Origin: Lepidodermella squamata
Taxonomy: Eukaryota; Animalia; Gastrotricha
DNA length: 64,000 nucleotides
Reading direction: 5' to 3'
Assembly (NCBI GenBank): GCA_047495785.1
Contig: JBLDXI010000029.1
Coordinates: forward strand, 1,488,001 to 1,552,000
Of the stretch, positions 23,505 through 36,284 are shown one piece after another; within the stretch, counting starts at the first letter, position 1; each line of letters starts with the position of its first letter. The notes beneath the pieces were generated by a model, which saw only the letters and a list, made by a program, of their open reading frames with translations, was not told the DNA's origin and made no database searches. Position numbers and translations under genes: made by a program.

Positions 23505-25826
23505 TCATCGGTTGCGAGGTCCAAAAACATTGACTTTGCGAGATTTCTCGTCAAATTTGCTAAGCATTTGCGGCGACGGTAGTCGAGGCACTTTACCTGC
23601 AAGACCTGCTCCGCTTCTGTACAGTAAAGCAGCAACTAGACCTGATTGAATCTGAATTCCAACTGCAGCAGCGATATTCTGGCCACTCGTCGATTTCAGC
23701 ATAAAGACTACAGCTGTAATTGCCAGAAATAAAGTTGAAGAGAAAGCTATAGCGACGGCTAATCGCTTTACGAAGGGATAATATGGCAAGTACCGATTCC
23801 CCTTGAGTTGAACTACGTAAATTAATCCTGCTCCAAGAACGGCGAGATTCAATGCCACTAGAGTTGCCAGCCATTGACCCTTAAAATTCGACGTGCAGGT
23901 GATAGAATACTCTTCAACATAAGTATCGGTTTCGGCAATGTAGGATCTGGAATTTCCCTGTTTGGCAAGCACTGCGCGGTAAGGATCAGACGTTAACCAA
24001 CAGATAATAATGGCAAAATTTAGGAGCGGGACCACAAGTGTCCTGATGACGAATGCAACTTCCTCCTTTGCAGGATTCGGCGTGCGATATTTGCGAGGCG
24101 AATTTCGCAGCAAGACTTTCAAAGCAGATCTCAGACGGAAAACCAAGAAGCTGTAAAGAAGTGACTGGCCCAAAGCTACGGCAAATAAGCTTGCCCTACA
24201 AACAGTGTTGTTGCTAAGCATGGTCGGAGTTACCAAAAGACTAGAACCCCCTGCTGAGAGCACAAAATTCAGCATTAAGAGAACGGCGTCATATCTTCCA
24301 ACGAGCTCCTTCTTATCAGTCGAAATAATGGAGGTAACACCGCTGATTTGGAAAATTATAATCAAGCAAGCCGTTGCTGTCAATATACCAAAAACGGTAA
24401 TTGGAATTCCGGCATCGACAAATTCTTCAAAAGCAGCATCTTTGGGTAGAAAATCTGGCGCGAAATCCGCTATCACACGTATTTTAAATAACGAAGTGTC
24501 GTTGGCCGTCGTTGCATTGTCATCCAGAGCTATCGCATACCGGGCCTGAAGTCCAGTTTCCTGCGTCCAAGTAGATAAAAGCTGCGTATCGTAGTCCATT
24601 TCCATTCTGCTAGAGTAGCGAAAGTAGCCGTTTAGCATGTTTCTATACCTCAACTCGCCTATGCTCTTATTCACAGCGAGCATTATGTTCCTAGGATCGT
24701 TCTTGAAGTCCCTGAGGGTTGAGTTCCGGCTATTAAGAAGTTTCTCTGCCTCAGCCAGCGTGACGACCGAATGCAGAGCCAAATCGTAACACATAAATCG
24801 CAACGGATAATCCGCCATCTTCACATCAACTGGAAATTTCAGCCTGAGGTACGATTCGAAATCAGATGGAGTGTTCCCTAGATAGTCTCGGTTTTCGTCG
24901 TCATCAACATTAGCAAGCTGAGAGGGGGCCCCGAAATATAGCACTCTCACAGCTTGCTCCTTATATATCGAAGTGTTACAGCCTTTTGGGTACAGACTGG
25001 CTGGATACACATTAGGATCAACGAAAGCGTTGATGAACGAGAGGAACAAGTACTTATCTCCCTTTATGCCATTTTTGTATGCCTGGCACAGAAAAGGAAT
25101 CATGAAGAATGGATCAGAATTTTCAATCAAAAAAATTCTGATGTCCTTTGTGACGAATGACTGCATCGAATCATCGCTGAAGTCTGAACTCGCCTCTATA
25201 GCCTGTATCCCTAAGCCGAATCGGTTATGCGTTGCAACTGTGTAACTAGCGCCCTCTAATCCGAAATTATTTTGTGTGGCCGCGAATACTACTGCAGTTT
25301 TCTTCCATGGTGTGAATTGTTTGATAAAGCTGAGTCTTGCCATTACCGTTATTTGAGTAGAAGCCCTGAGACGCCATAGGTTCGGGTACAGGTCTCGCCG
25401 GTTTGCTAGGCCTGTTGACAGGCAAGCCCAACCTACCATTATCATATTCACGTGTGATGATGTTTTTCCCCAACTCTTACAGCCGGGAGTATAGGTCCCA
25501 CCCACTGTTAGAGGCGCTAGGTACAGCCCTGGCTCTGCTGAGTCCATAATTGATCGCATGAAGTCGATGCTTGTCGACGTTACCAGAGAACCTTGAGGTC
25601 CTTCGTCGCGATGCTCGAATTCGAGGTGGTAGTCGGGCAGAATATCAGAGCAATTGTTAGCGAAATCGTAAGCTGTTTGGAAGGCCCATCGACAGTTTCT
25701 ATTATCCCCGGCGTTCTGAAACAACGGTATGAAGAATATTGTTCGCAGGCGGTACAGCTTGCTTGATACCGCGTGATCAATGAACACAGAGAGGATTAGA
25801 ACCCGCAGCGAAATTGCAAATACCAT
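23505..25826 (-). CDS. Orphan class C GPCR, GABA-B-like (Venus flytrap + 7TM, no cysteine-rich domain), single coding exon, 773 aa
   Basis: Signal peptide; ILPDYHLEF, RDLYPNLWR, WKK, DIRIF, LCQAYKNG, CYD motifs of the ANF-receptor/VFT fold; seven hydrophobic segments with TM3 and ECL2 Cys. Confidence 0.88.
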   Translation of the reverse strand: MVFAISLRVLILSVFIDHAVSSKLYRLRTIFFIPLFQNAGDNRNCRWAFQTAYDFANNCSDILPDYHLEFEHRDEGPQGSLVTSTSIDFMRSIMDSAEPGLYLAPLTVGGTYTPGCKSWGKTSSHVNMIMVGWACLSTGLANRRDLYPNLWRLRASTQITVMARLSFIKQFTPWKKTAVVFAATQNNFGLEGASYTVATHNRFGLGIQAIEASSDFSDDSMQSFVTKDIRIFLIENSDPFFMIPFLCQAYKNGIKGDKYLFLSFINAFVDPNVYPASLYPKGCNTSIYKEQAVRVLYFGAPSQLANVDDDENRDYLGNTPSDFESYLRLKFPVDVKMADYPLRFMCYDLALHSVVTLAEAEKLLNSRNSTLRDFKNDPRNIMLAVNKSIGELRYRNMLNGYFRYSSRMEMDYDTQLLSTWTQETGLQARYAIALDDNATTANDTSLFKIRVIADFAPDFLPKDAAFEEFVDAGIPITVFGILTATACLIIIFQISGVTSIISTDKKELVGRYDAVLLMLNFVLSAGGSSLLVTPTMLSNNTVCRASLFAVALGQSLLYSFLVFRLRSALKVLLRNSPRKYRTPNPAKEEVAFVIRTLVVPLLNFAIIICWLTSDPYRAVLAKQGNSRSYIAETDTYVEEYSITCTSNFKGQWLATLVALNLAVLGAGLIYVVQLKGNRYLPYYPFVKRLAVAIAFSSTLFLAITAVVFMLKSTSGQNIAAAVGIQIQSGLVAALLYRSGAGLAGKVPRLPSPQMLSKFDEKSRKVNVFGPRNR

Positions 25827-26445
25827 TGTAGGTTGCGTGAATGAAAGTTACTGACAAGTTTTCGAATGCAGCTTCTAATACAGCTGTTACGGGCCCTCGT
25901 TGGATTTAAGTTTTCTGCGTGGTTTTCTGCCGTGTCTGATGTCTCATTTTTCATGACGTCTTTGAAACATCCGCTCAATCGAGGCTCGCACACCTCTACG
26001 GCACACCTCTACTCTGAAATGCCAATCGCAAAATACTTGATGGTCGAAATGATTATTCAGCGAAGATTCTGTTCCTGAATCTGGATCGTCAATAGCTATT
26101 ATAATGGTTTGAACGTTTTGCGATTGAACCTTTCCAACGCTCCCACATTGTGAATAAGTGGACGTAAAATTGCCGGAAAAAGACGTTCATGCCCTCAACC
26201 AGGTTTTCCGTTTCCGTTTTTTCTCATGTCTCGGTCCGGTAGACTGAATTCAATGCCGCAACGCTCCAATGTGTGTGCTGCGAACAGATTCGTCAAAAAA
26301 TGACACAAATTGATAAAATGGCAGGTCAAAAACTTTAACCTACTTTATTGGACATAATGTAGTATTATAACATTACTACACTGTTTTTTTAATTGAACTA
26401 TCCCAAACGCTTCATTTCAACATTGCAGCACAATAGTACTCTTCT

Positions 26446-29271
26446 CTATCTCTGTGACGTGGGAGCAGGGCTGACTCCACGCACGAAGGAATTCCAAATC
26501 CTTCGAATGCCCGATGGCTGATTCGCAGTACTTGCGCTGCTAGATGCAGCACCAACTTTGTAGACTCTCGCCATTCTCGGCAAGAAAATTGTGCAGATCG
26601 GGACGGCTGAAAACCCCAGCGAGTACCAAGCGATAGCGGTCGTCAGCGAAGAAGGCTGCGTCCAAAATATGGCAACTGTTGCAATCTCAGCTACAACAAA
26701 CACTAAGCAGCCATACAAGCAGATTGTCACAAACTTGGTGTCAGTAATAACCGCTGGCTTCTACAAAAATAACAAAAGTATAAACAGCGAAATTGATGAA
26801 TAAACCAAATTACCCCTCTTATTGCAAGAATCAGAAATGCCGATCTCAGAATTGCGATGATATTAAAACCTACAATCACTCCAATGATACCCTGTGTAAT
26901 GGCTGCGTTCAAGTTGGAAAAGCATGAGTAGTAGGAAAATTGGTACACAATGCTAGTGAATCTTGATGAGGGCGGAAGGGGCGATTTTACTATGGCAGCA
27001 GTTATCGGTCTAATGCCGAACCAAATAGCTAGAAAGACCGCGACCAGACTTGTGTAACCGCAGATGAAGTAAATCCCCTTCCTCATCAACTTTGCAGCTT
27101 CCTTCTGGAAGGAAACACTCGACGTGCTGACCTTTGTTTTGGTGCGCATGTGCCGATAAGCGAGTATATTTGAGATTTCCAGCTTTGCGTAGAGACTTCC
27201 GAATACGATGGAGAAACCAAGGAAAAGGAGAATATAAGAACAAGTGCAGCTCCAAGCGATGTTACTTCCACTCCAAGTTGCTATGAAAAAAACATGGCAT
27301 TGAATCAAGAAGCATCCTATCAGAATCGGATAGTTGAGAGCTGGCAAGATTCGTATTGAACCCAAGAAAGTTTTGCTAATAATTGTAAGGCGAACCAAGC
27401 CAATTGTTATGATGGCAAAGACTGCGCCAGTGGCTAATATAAGTAAATTCTTCATTTATGCTCTAAATTTCAAGTTCAACCTACCGTACAGAGATCCACC
27501 AACGCCAGTTTCAATTAGTGGCTTCATGATGACAATGATTTGGAGGCTGTCCGGAGGTGCATTGCCATCAAAAGTGCTCCAGGTTATTGGTCTTCTATCA
27601 ACTACTTTGTATCCCAATGCACTGTCCAGCTGATAGGCCTGCACGGGAACTAAGCTCCACCCACCCATCGAATTCTGCCGCATCTGGGAAATAGCAGTCA
27701 AGGAATACCCCGCCGACCATCCTTTCACCTCCATATCCGGATCCAACGGGTAATCATTGACCAGACCACGAAAGCCGACATTGTAAATGCTCTTCTCCAT
27801 TATACGGACAAATTCATCACCTGAGGTTTTGAATTTCTCACCTCCAGTGACCCAGTCGGAAAGTGTCTGGTTACCTGATCAAATACATTGGAATTAAATT
27901 TAGAGATAAGCACTCAGTTAATTTACGTTGATTGAGTAGCTTCTCCGTTTCATTAAGCCAAAACGCTGTGAATAAGATATTTTCGTACATGCGAAGTGGG
28001 TTACTTATCGAGGTAGTAACGCGGGGCGGTTTTTCGATTCGATCTTCCATGATTGCTTCGAAGTCACGCGCTGACATTCCTGATATATCGGTCATCTTTC
28101 CATCAGCCATTTCCGTGTTAGTGTGAACAGTGAGAAAAAACGAGTAACGCAGCATTTCGACCTGCATTGCGATTGTACACCACTCTTTAGTCAACGGCGC
28201 GTTTGAGTAGTCGCCTGGGGTGGCGACAGAGTTGAAAATGAAGACATAATTCGGACCATAAACGCCTGTTTTGTATAGCAGGCATAAATAATCCATGGAG
28301 TAATCCCCGGGTAAAACGATAATTCGGGCGTCATTCACTGTTGCTTCCTCAATAGCTGTTGCCATCCGCCCTATCGGGTCTGGGTTTGGTACAACCAGAT
28401 CGACCGCAGCGTATCCAATGAGGGTCATGCCAAGGCGATCCATCTCGCTTATAAGTCTTCGATCACGCTTGAAAATGAACATTCGCTATAAGTATTTTCG
28501 ATTATTGGATCAAAGTCCCAGTTAGTTACCTCAGGACCTCCTTCTGAAGTGATTTGGGTGATAAATGCGGCCTTCTTCCAACCGTTTTGCTTCATAAAGT
28601 GGGCAACCGCAGCTTGCCTATCTAGAAATGTTGTTCCGAAAGCGTAGAATGCTCGATTCAATGCGCGGTTACTCATTATATCAGCATTTGCATAGCAGGC
28701 AGACTGTGATAATCAAATATCATTATAGGAATAAACAAGCAAACTAACCGCATGCTTACCCCTGAAAAGTTGTAATGATGGAAAATTGGCGGTGTTTTGC
28801 GCCAGCCGCTGTTGTAACCTGCAAAGACTGGCAGACGATCCGACTTTCCCGGCTCAGTCAGTATTGGCATCAAACGGGAAAGAGGGCTCGTGAAATACTA
28901 TACAGATTTCGTCACCTTTGCAATTTAAATTAAACATTACTAACCAGAAGATTCTCAGCTTCATCGTACACATCAACAACAAGTTCGTAGTTGGGCAGTA
29001 GATTGGGGATCATCTGCACGCGTTCGAGAGCCAACTGCATCGACATGGAGCCAAGAGGACCTCTTGAAACCAACGGAGCAAAGATGTGCACCGTCATGTT
29101 GTAGAAAAGTGAAGCGACTATGGCTATCTGCTTGCGTGGGGGTGAAGTTCGATTGCCAAGATTGCCAGTTAGCCTAGCTGGCAACTTCGAGCCGATCATC
29201 GACAGTTTAGCCGTCTTAGTAACTTGTATTGCCATGACGGCCATCAAGCAAACTCCGAACATTTTCGTCAT
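26446..29271 (-). CDS. Orphan class C GPCR, GABA-B-like, seven exons with ~50-60-nt introns
   Basis: ORF pieces join in frame through GT-AG introns: LLPNYELVVDVYD, NGWKK, DARII, LCLLYKTGVYGPNYVFI, FRGL, PPDS, then 7TM with LGFSIVFGSLYAK and DTKFVTICLY. Confidence 0.85.
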
Positions 29272-30527
29272 TTTGTTGAAAATTTGTCCCGCTCACTTTA
29301 GATGAAATGGGCAGGACAATCTTTGGACTTTTAGAGTGCATACAATCCTGCTAATCAAGTAATTGCACGCAAACGAATCGTCACGTTCAGTCGTGCGAGT
29401 GAAATTTGGCTTTTTATTTTAATTGGTGCCATACTCGATCTCGAGCGGCATTGAGGGGGCTTTATGTCAGGTCGTCAGTTATTGAAACGTATCTTGATCG
29501 TGACTATCTTATGGAGCTTCACCCATCATATTTTTAACATTCTTCATCATTAGGAACAGTTTCGAAGAACCGTGCTTCGTAGTCGCTTGTGCTAAGTTTC
29601 TCTCTCTATGTGGAAACTGTGTATTTCGAATGCTTTCGTCGAACAGTTGTCCTTCGAGATAACAAATTTTTACTCCAACTAATTTGCGCTAGACGCTAAG
29701 CTCATCGTGAAGTATTTCTCGACGCAGAAGACTTCCTACACAACTGTCGTAAGGACTGTCTGATGTGTGCACTATATATTTTACGTTTGGTTTCGTCCGA
29801 TTTTAATTTGACTAATTGAAAATAATATCTATTTTCTTTTACCTTTTAAACTTGATTATCACCAGTTGTCTCCAAAGCATTCATTGCATCACAATCAAGG
29901 CATCACAATCAGCGATCCGTTCTCAAACAGAGTCAAGGGAACTTATCCTCTATTAGGTGTTGATTGCCCTATGTCCCTACGAGCCATATACGAGCAATTA
30001 ATAATTAATCATAATATTTACATGATGCGCTGGGTAGACGAAAAATTGTCAGTTTTGACCCGATAGCAGGAATGAACAAATTTCATTCAAAATCATTCAC
30101 TTTACTGGATGTTGCCGGAAGTCTGCGGGGTCTTGCAGATAAGTGATATCGACTCTAAAGCACTTAGGGAATTGCTGGGATTACTTAAACTGAATTCCAG
30201 CTCACGGAAGCGTGCGTACATTCTGTTTTCGATCGAAATATATCACTGATCACAAGACCATCAGCCGTTTTTTGAAGAAAGTCTGGACCAAAGCTCGGAT
30301 ATTATAGGGAGTCGAACTTTGCCATGAATTGATTTCATTTTACTCTCGGCTTTGTTCGATTTCTACTAGTTAGTTCAGGATGTTGTGCCCGATCTTGACA
30401 TCAACGATAGAAATACGATGAAATTCGAAGCCTGATTTTCATTGAGCACACCACGCTCAAAAGGAAGCAGCTCGATTGTAAAAAGATCCATGATCATCGA
30501 ACGTTTTATTTCGTTTTCTTTCAGCAG

Positions 30528-32597
30528 ATGATTTTAGTATTCAAGAACATGGTTTTTGCAGTTTCTATTCTTTATATGGCCTTGGCTGCCATAGCATTGG
30601 GACAGCGAAGACCTAGTCAACCATTGCTAATACTCTCTGTTCTAGAAGCCGGAATGGACGGGGAAGAAATTGCGACATGTCAGGTCGCCCAAGAAAAGGC
30701 GATCAAAGCTGCCAATAACAGAAGCGATTTGCTACCTGGCTACGATATCGAACTCGAATTTCTGAACGAAGTTTCAGGTGTAGTAACCTTCGCTGGGAAT
30801 CACTTTGAAAGCCCGCATTCGGAAGTTCTAATTTCTCCTATTATTATTATTGGACTAGCGCAAGGCCGTGGCTTTAAAACACTCAATTCGATAGCCTCCT
30901 ATTTCAATTCCGTTATAATTCCTTCTCATGAGAGCCAAACACAGTCACTGAATCTCGCAGAGGTGAATTTTCTTAAAAGTCTTACATCTATTAGGAAGCT
31001 CGCCATTTTCACTAATATGGACTCTAATAACATTGAAACTGCAATCAATTTGAACAATGCTCTGACATCTAATGGATTCCGAATCGCCAGACTTGAAATA
31101 GTCCACGAAATCAGTGATGCTCTAATTTTATCTATCAAAGAATCCGACATTAGGGTATTCGATCTCAAATTCAATAATAGGATCTTGTTCGATATCCTCT
31201 GTCGAATGTATGCATATGGACTGAAAGGTGATAGATATCTGTTTTTGACCTCGAATGAGAAACCTAATGTAAGCCTGCCTTTTTCTGCATATCCTAAGGG
31301 ATGTATGTGGCATATGCTTATGGAGCAGCTCGCAAGAACGATTTTCTACACACCTCATAATTTTTGTTATGACTCAGTTTCAATTGCTGTGGATACTTTG
31401 AAACGAGTGGAAACTAGCCTTTCAGCTGTCAATCTCACACTCATGGATTTCAAGAAAAACCAGCACAACAAGGTAAAGCTCTTCGCAAACTTTAGTTTCG
31501 CATCAGTTGTATTGAGAAATGGATATCGATACGAGCCTCAAGTAGCCATTTCAACATACGAACCAGGCAGCAACAATTCACTCCTATACTTACTGAAGGT
31601 AGATCCGATAAACTCCTCCAGTTACAGTATCACTACAATCCAAGGGTTGAGCAGTTCCTTTTATCCTAAAGATGCAGCCTCGGAGATTTTTAGGATGAAA
31701 GGCACTCCACCAGCAATCTTCGTTTTGGTCGTTTTCATCTCCATTTTTCATCTCACTGTCGTTGCCGCACTATCAGTGAAAATGAAACTTAAGGAATCTA
31801 ATAGGCACAAACAACCGACGGCACAGCTGATAATATTCTTGCTGAGCTATTTTACCGCCGATGCCGCTGCATTAATTTCATCTTTTACACCCGAAATGAA
31901 AGCTTGGCATTTCTGCGATGTCTCGTTGTTCTTCAGCGTCATGGGGGTTTCAATGATTTGCGGGTCGGTGGCATTTCACGTTTATTGCAGTCATAGAAGC
32001 ATGCTCCGAGTTCATCAATTTCCAAAATACGCGAAAGCCTACCGAATCAATTCTTATCCAGTTAAGCGATTCATCGTTTGTACTACATCATTCTCACTTC
32101 TTATGGCAGTAATCAACGTAGTTTGGACGAATCATAATCCTATCCGGCTTGAAGTTGCCTCCGATAAAGCAAGGCAATATTTTGAACTAGATGATGTCTA
32201 CGTCACGTCCAGCCACAACATATGCGTATCCGATTCATTGTCAACGAGGCTGGCAGTGTTGATTGCTTGCAATATGACGGTGTTGCAATATGGGGCCTTC
32301 TTTTGCGCCAAGTTGAGGGTCATGAATGGCAAGACTCTCGAGGTAATGCGCGTGGAATTGAGCTCTACATTCACACTGACATTCTTCGTCGCTGGAGTGA
32401 TGATCGGCGCCGCTGTATCAGCTTCGAGTAAGACGTCGGTCTTCCGATTGCAGGAAGAACTTCTAGTTCCACTGTTGCTGCTTTCATTCTCGATAGGGGT
32501 TAGCGTGATTCTGCTTTCGCCATTTACCGCTCAGAAGAACAAAACCCGGCCAAGGCTATTTTTATTGGAAAAACGCGCACCTTGGAACTTCGAATAA
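30528..32597 (+). CDS. Orphan class C GPCR, single coding exon, shortened Venus flytrap domain, up to 689 aa
   Basis: LLPGYDIELEF, DIRVF, LCRMYAYGLKGDRYLFL, CYD, PKDAA shared with the 23505-25826 paralog; seven TM segments. True start may be the second Met (30549). Confidence 0.85.
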   Translation: MILVFKNMVFAVSILYMALAAIALGQRRPSQPLLILSVLEAGMDGEEIATCQVAQEKAIKAANNRSDLLPGYDIELEFLNEVSGVVTFAGNHFESPHSEVLISPIIIIGLAQGRGFKTLNSIASYFNSVIIPSHESQTQSLNLAEVNFLKSLTSIRKLAIFTNMDSNNIETAINLNNALTSNGFRIARLEIVHEISDALILSIKESDIRVFDLKFNNRILFDILCRMYAYGLKGDRYLFLTSNEKPNVSLPFSAYPKGCMWHMLMEQLARTIFYTPHNFCYDSVSIAVDTLKRVETSLSAVNLTLMDFKKNQHNKVKLFANFSFASVVLRNGYRYEPQVAISTYEPGSNNSLLYLLKVDPINSSSYSITTIQGLSSSFYPKDAASEIFRMKGTPPAIFVLVVFISIFHLTVVAALSVKMKLKESNRHKQPTAQLIIFLLSYFTADAAALISSFTPEMKAWHFCDVSLFFSVMGVSMICGSVAFHVYCSHRSMLRVHQFPKYAKAYRINSYPVKRFIVCTTSFSLLMAVINVVWTNHNPIRLEVASDKARQYFELDDVYVTSSHNICVSDSLSTRLAVLIACNMTVLQYGAFFCAKLRVMNGKTLEVMRVELSSTFTLTFFVAGVMIGAAVSASSKTSVFRLQEELLVPLLLLSFSIGVSVILLSPFTAQKNKTRPRLFLLEKRAPWNFE

Positions 32598-32679
32598 AAT
32601 AAGATCACAATGCGCAATAGCAGCGTGGCTGTTTTTCGAAAAACAAAAAATCATTCAACTTGACTACAGCAAAATAACT

Positions 32680-32682
<3 letters not shown>

Positions 32683-32716
<34 letters not shown>

Positions 32717-33558
32717 GTTTTATTTAGCCTCTCCTAGACTGCACGTCATTATACCGTTTCCGGTTTTGAAGAGGGCGAAGGCAGGCAAAGATTGAAAATT
32801 GATCCTTACCCACCCCCACAGTTGAAGATTCTGCTTTTTCCGAAAAATTCATAATTATCAATTGAGTTAACAATCATGCGCCATTCATCTTTTTCAAAGG
32901 ATGCGAGTTCAGCTAATTGTAAATCAGGAATAATTTTGGTTTCAAGTTTATTTTCGCCGGGTTTTTTCTTATCACCTTTTTTCTTAGTACCCTTATTCTT
33001 TTTGTCTTTCGTAGTGTTAGATTTCTTTTTCCGGCGTATTTCCTTAGTGAGTCCTACTTTAATCAAACTCCTATGCACTCCGTTGATCCACCTGGTCCGG
33101 GGTCTTCCTCTGGGTGCAAACCACCCGAACGGGGGCATCCAGGTATAAATTGTATTTATTAGACCTTTTTCATCGTAATCACGTGATCTAACAATGTGCC
33201 CTAAATATCTTAAACGTTGTTTTTCTACTATGCGACTCACTTCAATGAGCCCTCCGCATAGAGCCAGCCTAATATCGATATTTGGAATGTAGTCCATTAG
33301 GTGGACACCTACTATAGATCGGAGCCATCGATACTCTATTGTATTTAGCCTATTTTCTTGGACTATCGAGATGTTCCAGGATTCACAGGCGTAAATGATG
33401 GTAGGTATTATCACGCAAGTTAGGACATTTAATTTTGTTGATATGGAAACCTGATTTTTGTTGCACATAAACTTATTCATAGCCCCGAATACACTACCAG
33501 CCTTAGAAATCCTATAATTCAGTTCCTCGTCAATTTTGCCATCGCTGGTGATAATACT
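32683..33558 (-). mobile_element. 5'-truncated RTE-like non-LTR retrotransposon
   Basis: Open frame SIITSDGKIDEELNYRISKA...IIPTIIYACESW...RLRYLGHIVR...PRGRPRTRW (RT thumb/C-terminal region). Trinucleotide tail, (TAA)n on the plus strand at 32682-32716. 14-bp TSD GCAAAATAACTTAT at 32669-32682 and 33559-33572. Confidence 0.92.
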
Positions 33559-33715
33559 GCAAAATAACTTATTTAACTTTTTACCCGATTTTTAATGTTC
33601 CGGATAATTCTAGTCATAGGTTTTTATTCCAGATGAAACAAGTTTATTAGACAATTAGTTCCTGATACATCAATAAATATCCAGTTAGGCATGGCTGTAA
33701 GTCCCATCCAATATT

Positions 33716-35748
33716 TCAGGCATATCTCAACACAAGGAAGTAGAATATCTGTGCTGCAGGATCAGGCAGGTGGTTGTGCGCTACCCGAGAGTCGCCAAAA
33801 AGGATTTCAGTCAGGCTCAATGCCTTCTGCACCCACAGCATCTTGCGAGCATTATCCTCTATAGCAAGATTCTCATGGACCAAATTCACAGCCATCTCCA
33901 GGGCAGCGAAGATCAACCCTTTCGCCATTCTGCGTTCGAAAAGCCATTCAGCTGTTCGAATGGCCTCTTCATGCATCTCACAATCCGACTGCGTATAGTA
34001 TAGGGCAGTTTTTACAAGAAGAGAAACGTTGTCGAGCTCTGGAGTTTTCTCTCTCATCATGGCAACCTCATTGAACAGTTCTTCAAGGTGTTGGATAACA
34101 AGTTTAGCCATAATCGGAGGGAGATCATCACTGCCTCTATTCCTTATATCTTCAACCTCAGAGTAGATCTGGGAAATGCGATCTCTTACTTGTTTAGGCT
34201 CCGAACTTTCGAGAATGCACAACCGACAATTACAAACGCGGTCGTATTTTTTGTGAATTCTATCGCGTTCTTCGAGGGGCAAATCGTCCGGTACCAAATT
34301 GAAAAGGAGTGGTTCCCCGCATTGGACATCTCGAAAAGTGCGTATCATTGTAAAATCGCCAACATAAAACCCGTAACAATTTCCGTCCAAGCAGGTTGAC
34401 TCAAAAAAAGTCGGCTGGACCCAAAATCCGACCCCTGCATCAAGGCGTATCAGATCCCTTTTCGCGGTTCTCTTGACAAGCTCTCTATCCTCAGAATTTT
34501 GCATGTCATATGTAAGCTTTGAATTTGATTTGCCAGCTTTCGCTAGCCTGTTGAACATTACTGCTAGCCTTGGATTGTTATTCAAATGCTGAGCCACGAT
34601 CTCTGGCAAGTTTTCGACTACTTCACGCTCGGGCGAAAAGTACAGAGCTTTTGCAGCGCATACCAAAGTGCCAGCTGAAATTGATTTCTTTGCCACAGCT
34701 ATGGCACCAAATCCATCCACAGGACGTATTTCTACCATGTCTTCGTCAAAGTAATCGCTGTTACACAGGAAAGGTGATTCCTCAACTTCCTTATGCATTT
34801 GAAACACGTCGTATTGCCCATCTCTAGCTTCTTTCGTTCTTAAACGTAGTTTTTTGGATAGTTCATCAAGTTCGTTTTTAGGATTCAGCACTACAGCAGG
34901 GTTGGCCAGCAGGAATTCGCACTCTTCGAGACGTCTTAGAAGTAGCAATGCGTACGCTTTCCTAAATAAAAGACGCTCGTGATTTGGCTCCAGCACGAGG
35001 CCTTGCTCGGCTTGTTGAAGTGCGCAAAATCCATCCTTCACCTGGGCAAAAACTGCTGATTTATTAGAATAAAGGATGGGGTTGAAACGATCCTTTCCTA
35101 TGGCCATGTCGTAGGATTGTAGGGCACCGCCATAGTCTCCCTCCTTAAATTTTGCATTTGCAATTTCAGAGTTTCAGATTCGCTAATACTAATTGCTGGC
35201 AGCATATCCGGAGTATAGACATAATTTTGGAAATCTTCAGTTTCTACGCCAGTTAGCTGAACGATGTTTTTGCAGGAATTGCATACTATGGTTATGAAAA
35301 GTCCCTCATCCACAATAGAGAGTGGAGAGTTGAAACTTAGCATTGAGGCGACTCGTAATTTTCGCAGCCAATTAGTTGGAGCCGCTTTCACGAAGATCCG
35401 GAGCAGACGGTTATTCTGGGTTACGCATATCAGTTGCGTTATGTCTTTGCCGTTTATTGTTCGCCGTTTGAAGATAGATGCCACAGTAATTCCACGCTGA
35501 TTTTCGTCTTTCTGTTCAGCTTCGAAGACCAGCTCTTCTACCTTCTGACTTTCGCCTGCCTTCGAGACCTTCGTTTTGTCGGAAGCCGAGACGAACTGAA
35601 TTTTAGGCCTGTCACTATCAGCCTGCAAAATCAGCTTCCGCTGCTGAACAAAGAAAGCTATGATTTCTGGTTCCTGCCACCATAGTTTCGACATGTTTAA
35701 TAATCTAGAAAAGAAACGGTATTTTGAAGTGAAATGAGGCTGGCTCAT
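33716..35748 (-). pseudogene. TPR + SET domain gene copy 1 with a frameshift at ~35160
   Basis: ORFs 35098-35748 and 33716-35107 are the two halves of the paralog. TLKL continues as ANAKFKEGDYGGALQSYDMA in another frame (paralogs TLKAAGNENF, QLKLAGNEQF), consistent with a ~4-nt deletion. Could be an assembly error. Confidence 0.75.
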
Positions 35749-36284
35749 TGATAAACGTTATCTATGGGGTGGATAACGGAGAAGATATTGCTTCATTCAT
35801 TAGATGACCTTTCCAGATAATCTTGCTTCTTTTTGGCATCAGGGGCGTTATTAAATAGTGATTTTATGACGATGACGATAAACTTTAAAACCCCTAAAAA
35901 CATCAATAATTCATAAAATCTGTCGAAAATCAAGCAGGCTGTTGATCTAGAGAGATCGCTATTGCAATCATGCTATAAGAATGTCAGCAGATTAATTGTT
36001 TCGATTTTTTCTTTTCTGAGGGCATTTCTGCTTTACGATTAAATGGTGAGTCTTATCGAAATCTCTTACCAGCAAGCAGCAAGCCCTGAAACATCAGAAA
36101 AATCACATCTGTTTCGCTTTGGCTACTAACTAATTTCGCCAGTCATAGCCGTCAATTTTTTCCGATTTTCTTTTGAAAAGTAGCAAGCAATACCAAGCTG
36201 TTATTTATTCTTGCCAAAATTGTCTGAACAGTCTGATAATAATGGATATGCCAAATGTAAATGCTGTAAAATTGGGATCGCTGG

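Noticed and set aside
23505-25826. Calling the GPCRs true GABA-B receptor subunits (GABBR1/2)
   Set aside because: Only fold-level motifs match; the sequences are very divergent and lack the long coiled-coil tail, so no gene symbol was assigned.
35140-35180. Programmed ribosomal frameshift in TPR-SET copy 1
   Set aside because: Both paralogs are continuous and residues are missing at the junction, which fits a small deletion.
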